Assembly: GCA_002269645.1 (NCBI GenBank)
Contig: NIVC01000211.1
Location: 496,001 to 560,000, forward strand
Direction: 5' to 3'
Length of the DNA: 64,000 nt
Origin: Macrostomum lignano
Lineage: Eukaryota
The number at the start of each line of letters is the position of its first letter. Position 1 is the stretch's first letter. This document shows positions 58,259 through 64,000 of this stretch, one piece after another. Made by a program: the position numbers and the translations under genes. A model generated the notes under the pieces. The model did no database searches. It was not told where the DNA came from and saw only the letters and a list, made by a program, of their open reading frames with translations.

Positions 58259-60347
58259 TCAATAAATATTATACACAAAAAAGGAAAAAGCTCTGCTTAA
58301 AATCTGAGCTTCTCTCGTTAAAATGCATTTTAGGTAAATCCAGACTGCACGAATCAAGATCCGCGAAGAAAGAGTAGCCGATGGCTTTCCACAACTGCAA
58401 GTCCGGCTTAAAAGGGTCGTAAAATCAGTGGATTCACTCACGTAGTCCTGGCAGAGCTCAACAATATTTTGAACTAAATTACCTGAGGTGAGAAGACCAG
58501 CAGTTAACAGACCATTATCTCGCAGATGTCCAAACATGAGGTAAGATGCCTTCAAAAGAAAAAATACGAATTTGCTGGGGCACTTCAGACCGCCTTGGTC
58601 ACACAGTTGAATCAGGGCAAAGTTGTTTAGTCCTCTTCGGCAATAAACTCCAAGTAATCGTTAGTAAGTAGAAGATTCTTGCAGTCAGTGCACTTCAGCT
58701 GGCCAAGGCCATGAAACTGAAGCAGGCTGTTGTCAAAAATGCACACCACCGGCTTCAGGTGAACCCGATCAAGCAGAGCAAGGCAGTCAGTGAGGTGATT
58801 TTGCACTAAGCCTATTTTTTGGAATAAGAGAAATTACTTCCTGAAAGTCTCCATGCAGCGACTTGATCAGAAAAGCGCACACAGTTTTGGCGAGCTCATC
58901 GGTTTCTGCGTCAGTGCCAAATACCTTGCCTCCGCTGAATTCCATTCGCTTCGACGAAATAAATTTCGTCGATTGCAAGAAGCACTACCCTCTCAGACTC
59001 AGACAGGCTGTCAACTTTTAGCTTGAGATAATCTTCGGTAGCCTTGATGTCAGGGTCATTGCTCAATCCGGAAGAAAGCCTCTGCAGATGCCTAACACTT
59101 GGGAGGTTGACTGTGTTGGATTTCCGAATAAAATTGTACGCTGATGGGCTGTGGTGCTGCAACAGGTATGAAAAAGCGAGTAGCTCGCTGGAGTATGTTA
59201 GCTTCCCCTTCTTCAAACTCGAAAAGCTTAGCTGCTCGACAAGAAAATTCAGTTTAGCAAAAGCAGCCTCCTCAATGGATTTATTCAGCTCTTGATCACT
59301 CTTGACTTCAATCTTAGCTGACAAGTCGGTGATAGCTTTCGTGACTGCCTCCTGAGCTAGTAAGAGGTTCTCCTCATAGCCATGCCGGCAATCTTCCAAA
59401 CAGACATTTTTAGCCCATCTAGGATGTTTTCAAGTTGGGCAAAGGTTTTAAGACTGCCACTCGATTTTAAGGTTACACTCGATTCAGAGATCACCTTGAA
59501 AAAGCACCTTAGACGATCTGGTAGATCGTATGACCTTGAAAAAGCACCTTAGACGATCTGGTAGATCGTATGACCCAATAGCGTGGAAGTCAGAAATCAC
59601 ATCCTTTTGTAGAAGCTCCTCTGCTTCTACCTCGTAATGCTGAATGTCGTGCTCTCGACGGCTCCAGCCGATGCACAAATCGTTTGCTTCTCTTCCTGGA
59701 CGGCCTTGCTCAAGTAGGGTGCAACATTCGGGAAGATGCACGGCACAGCATCATTCGAGAAGATGCACGGCACAGCATCATTCGGGAAGATGCACGGCAC
59801 AGCATCATTCGGGAAGATGCACGGCACAGCATCATTCGGGAAGATGCACGGCACAGCATCATTCGGGAAGATTCACGGCACAGCATCATTCGGGAAGATG
59901 CACGGCACAGCATCATTCGGGAAGATGCACGGCACAGCATCATTCGGGAAGATTCACGGCACAGCATCATTCGGGAAGATGCACGGCACAGCATCATTCG
60001 GGAAGATTCACGGCACAGCATCATCTGCCAGACGCCGGTTTTTCAGCTTAGCAGTAGCAGCCGATGGATCGTCAGCTGCCGGCCTTTTGCGATTTGGGTT
60101 GGAATCCGTAGAGACAGTCACAAAAAACTTACCTGGAAAATGCAGAGAGCAAACCCGATAGTTGTGACTTGGGCCAAACCGCAGTACACAGCTCGGCCTC
60201 AGTCCATTCTCAAGGAGTTGTAGCCATCCACTTGTTCAGCAGATCCAGATTCTCGACAGAAGGAAACTTGTGGATGGAAACAGTCGGGCCCTTCTTATAC
60301 CGAGGCGAATTAGTAACACAAGCTGCAACACAGCACTTGTATCCCAT
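58259..60347 (-). mobile_element. Defective P-element-superfamily (THAP9-like) transposase: THAP domain plus partial DDE core, pseudogenised
   Basis: THAP C2CH: MGYKCCVAAC...IHKFP...KWM (TGA at 60212) ...YRVCSLHF, followed by an AVPxIF box. Core: KLNFLVEQL...YSSELLAFSYLL...SPSAYNFIR...LPSVRHLQRL...LLAIDEI [frameshift] KRMEFSGGKVFG...AKTVCAFLIKSL. C-terminal LKCTDC...DQGGLKCPS. Contains multiple stops and frameshifts. TIR/TSD not identified. Confidence 0.85.
59726..60022. repeat. 11 x 27-bp tandem repeat encoding DAVPCIFPN on the minus strand (amplified THAP AVPTIF box)
   Basis: Unit ATTCGGGAAGATGCACGGCACAGCATC. Three units carry TGC>TGA on the coding strand. Confidence 0.95.
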
Positions 60348-60899
60348 GATGTATTATGCAAATTTTCGATTAAAAAATGAGAGTTTAGAAAATCAGAGAA
60401 TTGCTTAGAGTGAGTTGACATCAGTTGTCCTTTTGCTGCCTAAATGATATCCTGCACGAGAAGATATAGGCATAACATAGAAAAGATATGAGTATTCAGT
60501 GTACAGTAAACGAAGGACAAAAATTCTTTGTTTCCCAACTTCGCAAAACGAGACTAAACTAAACTCGTAGAGGAGGTGGGGATGGGCCATGTAAGTGTCG
60601 CTTCCTGGTGAGCGAAGCGAAACGAAGAGGCTTCCTTGGCCTTGGTGTAACAAAAGCCGTATTTAGGTTGGGAGGGGGGATGGCGCCAATGCAACTTTCA
60701 GACAATCTTAAATTATTAATGAGAAATCTTATGATCTCTGGGCGTTCTTAGGGCTTCTGCGTTTTTTTTGGGGCGCCAAAATAGCAGCACTTTCTGGGAC
60801 CGCTTTTAGGGGTCGGCTTCGGCGCCAAGCTTCGGCTCCAAGTGAGCGGAATCGCTTCTGTCACACAGGAGTTTTCCGATTCTGTATCAGATGTTTTGC

Positions 60900-61330
60900 A
60901 ATCGCCATGGAGCCAGAATCCCAGATACAGGTTCAACTATTGATGCCATCAGCGACACCGACTACCGAAAGCTCACGATTAGCGTCCATGAACTTAGGAA
61001 TTAACAACGCTGCCAAGGACGGCAAACGGCGAAATCATTACCTTGGTGGGGAAATTCACAACCTGACTGACTGCGGGTCAGCAATCTGTTCTATCCGACA
61101 TGCATGTGCTGCAAAGGCTCATCAAGCCTGTCCTGTCATGTCATACTTGCCAGCAGCTGGGAATCATCCCGATGAATGTCCCAAAGCCTATATCACTGAC
61201 GTGCAGCATCAGCTAACCACCAACGAATGAGGAGTTCATCAGCGAGTTTTCCACAGTTTTCGACGAGCACATCCACCTCATGTGGGGAGAGAAGTCCAAA
61301 ATTCAATTGGTGGACGACACTCGGCCATTA
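60900..61330 (+). mobile_element. Ty3/Gypsy LTR-retrotransposon pol remnant (aspartic protease and pre-RT linker)
   Basis: IPDTGSTIDAISDTDYRKL (D at 60924), then RTANGEIITLVGKF...MHVL...PVLSCHTCQQLGII...EFSTVFDE...KIQLVDDTRP. Broken by stops and a frameshift. Confidence 0.65.
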
Positions 61331-63269
61331 GCGCGGTTCGGACTCCGCGACGTTTTTAGCACAAAGACCACTAGAAGTTACCGTTTTATTAGGACGTAAC
61401 ACTCGTAAACATTGCAACATTTTTGAAGGACCGCTTATTTGTAATGGAGCTAAAATTTAAAGGCTCATATAACTCCAGATCATTTGCACTTGAAATGATC
61501 ATTTTTGCCAGGCTGTTAGAATTTCTTTCTTACTAGATGAAGCAAGGTTTGGCCCTTCATCTACATGTCGGAGCGGCAGGCGAGAAGCACAGAAATGGTT
61601 ATACGCAATATTTCATTGCAGTGAAAATGCATAAAGTTGCAGTATTTCAATTGTTGTTTCCCAGTCTCGACAAACTGGCAGACCAGAAAATCATAAACTG
61701 TACAGCGTTGAATAGGCCGCAAAGAAAGCTACGATCGTAAATAAACTTCACTATCAAAAACAGCATTAAGAAAATCAATATTTCTGAAATATGGACTCCA
61801 ACATTCAAAATATTTTTTTGCTGTTTAAATGTACAGTAGGAGTCAAATATCAGTTGGAGTTGATCCTTTTGCAGAAAAACTTACGATTATGTCTATTGTT
61901 TACGACTGAACTGTTGAAGTTCAAACTTCTGCCATGAAAGGGATCGAGTGTCTCAATGTATTTATTTTGACCCATTTTTATAGACACCTGCGGTAAATGC
62001 AGACAGTGATTTTTAAAAAAATAAACAAAGCTAAAAATTAATTCCATGAAACAAATTTCGAAAAATGGTTTAAGCGAGTCAGTTCTTTTACCATTTATTT
62101 TAATGAAACGTCGAGGTTTCCTGTAGGTAAAAAAACTTTCCTTAGCTAGCTAGTTGTTTAATTGAAACAGCAAAGAAACTTAAGAAAACCTCTGTCAAAA
62201 TTTGCTTTTCTGTTACTGACAGAAAAGAATATTTTCACCTCCTCTATCAGTCAATTTTTTCTGTAAGTTCCCAGTTGCACGACTAATATAGTGCATTGCA
62301 AGCTTTATAATTATATATTTTTTAAACACAACGGTTAATATTAAACAAAATTGTTCAGAACCTCTTGTAGAAATTAGTTTGTAAACTGACCAACAGCTAT
62401 TCATACCACAAAAACCTAGTCCGATTTAATAAAACAATTGTTTTCAATATACGGGCATATATGATACAGTTACAGTTGTACGAACTATAAAGTAGATAAA
62501 GTGGCATGCAATATTATTATTTCATTCAAATTTTAAACTCAGAAAAACAAATCAAAAATGTCACTTTCACTATCGTTAGTTCTACACGTCAGAAAGTTTT
62601 CGTTAACCGTGAAAGTTACGCTCGTATAATATAGAAAACATTTCAAAGTACACATAGTTAAATATCGGACATTCAGACCATTTCCGGTTTGGCATACATC
62701 GGCAGGTGATAATAGTTGTAGCTGATGTAGTTTAGGAATCTGGTCTCTAGCGCCCGTTTCGCACCGCTCCTGGCGTACTCCTCTTTCACCTGGGCTCGTT
62801 GAGCAGTGCTCAGCTGAATATTTTGTTATAAATTATTGAATTATTTATTAGCTACTTCAATTCAAAATGTATCCCTTTCTTAATCCATTCAGCTATTTAA
62901 ATAAAGGCAACGGTACCGTAAGGCAAGTAACTAATATATTACAATATCATCTTATTTTTTACTTTAACTTTTATCATATGATTGATTCATAAAACTAATC
63001 GTTTTTATACGTTCTATACTCAAGAGTTTACCCTTGATTTGCATTTACTCATGTATTTTATAAGCATACGAGGCCAACTCCTCCGTTGGCGGAGTAAGGG
63101 GATAGAACTCCCATCGCCAGAATTTCATTCCCTGAAATCCATCAGCTGAATCCAATGACACGAATCTCATCGTCCAAATCCTCTCCAAATCCTCTATTAA
63201 CCTCCCAAAAACCATGTTGTTTTACCTGTTTGCAAAAATTGACTGCCTGCCATCGTCCAGACTGAGAAT

Positions 63270-63670
63270 CTCTCCTGTCTCCTCTCTCCTCTTTGCTCCT
63301 TTATCTAATCTCTTCTCTCTGCTCTCATTTCTCATACTCCTATTTTCTCTCTTACCCTCTCCTTTTTCATCTCTCATTCTTCCCCTCTCCTCTCTACCGT
63401 CTCCTGTCTTATCTCTCCTCTCTCTTCTCTCTCCTCTGTACTCTCTTATCCCTCCTCTCTCCTCCTATCTTTTTTTCTCCCTCCTTTGCTCTCTCATTTT
63501 TCCTCTCTCCCCTCCTTTCTTCCCTCTACATTCTCTTCGCTCTCCCTCTTCATCATTCCCGCCTCACTCCCCTCTTCTCTCCCCTCTGTCGTCTTTAATC
63601 TCTCATCTCTCATATCTACTGTCTTTTCTATCATCTTTCTATCCTCTCTTCTCTCTACTCTCTTATCTGA
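63270..63670. repeat. CT-rich low-complexity tract
   Basis: Read directly. Confidence 0.85.
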
Positions 63671-64000
63671 CGGACTGAAAGCGCCGATAATCAAGCCAAT
63701 TGAAATTTGTCACCCGCCTCCTCCATTACTGAAATTACTCAAATGAAAGCTGGCTTGAATTTGTGTACGCAACCCCCCGCCGCCCAACTACAATCTTGGC
63801 AGAAAGTTTAAAAGTATGGAAATCGTTTTTTCAATGCTGTGCTTTTTGTTTTCATATTTAAAGCAAATAACTTACATCCCCGAATTCAGCGTTGCAAGAT
63901 CCTTCCAGCAATATAAGTCTCTTCTCTCAAAGTTTAAAATTCGAGGAACATTTAACGTTTGAACTTCCCGATGTAAAGCATTAAGTATCGCGTGTACATA

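Noticed and set aside
57900-60760. Candidate P-element termini CACAG (58100) and CTCTG (60740)
   Set aside because: No extended inverted match and no 7-8-bp target duplication.
61537-62404. Short ORFs and an acceptor-like site in AT-rich sequence
   Set aside because: No family motif and no consistent exon chain.

Overview
Eukaryotic (animal) genomic DNA that is very rich in tandem repeats. The repeat landscape and gene style resemble a free-living flatworm such as Macrostomum, which is inference only. Most long ORFs in the supplied track are artefacts of satellites. Real coding content was assembled by hand from GT-AG sites and family motifs. (1) The 5' exons of an FNDC3/miles-to-go-like gene (minus, 14634-16003). 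(2) A complete WDR47 gene (plus, 24066-39261, about 10 exons) in which almost every intron carries its own tandem array. (3) A complete 4-exon tyrosinase-family gene (minus, 42681-45789) with a signal peptide, all six copper histidines and no C-terminal transmembrane helix. (4) Two tandem 2-exon paralogs encoding secreted PAN/apple + F-type lectin proteins (plus, 49092-50138 and 54785-55831). Their differences cluster in the sugar-binding loops, and one copy has lost a fucose-binding Arg. Mobile remnants include nested hAT-like MITEs, a probable Penelope-like fragment, a piggyBac-like MITE, a dead THAP/P-element transposase whose AVPTIF box is amplified 11-fold, and a Ty3/Gypsy protease fragment. 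The first 14 kb is mostly three related satellites. No rRNA, tRNA or CRISPR array is supported.
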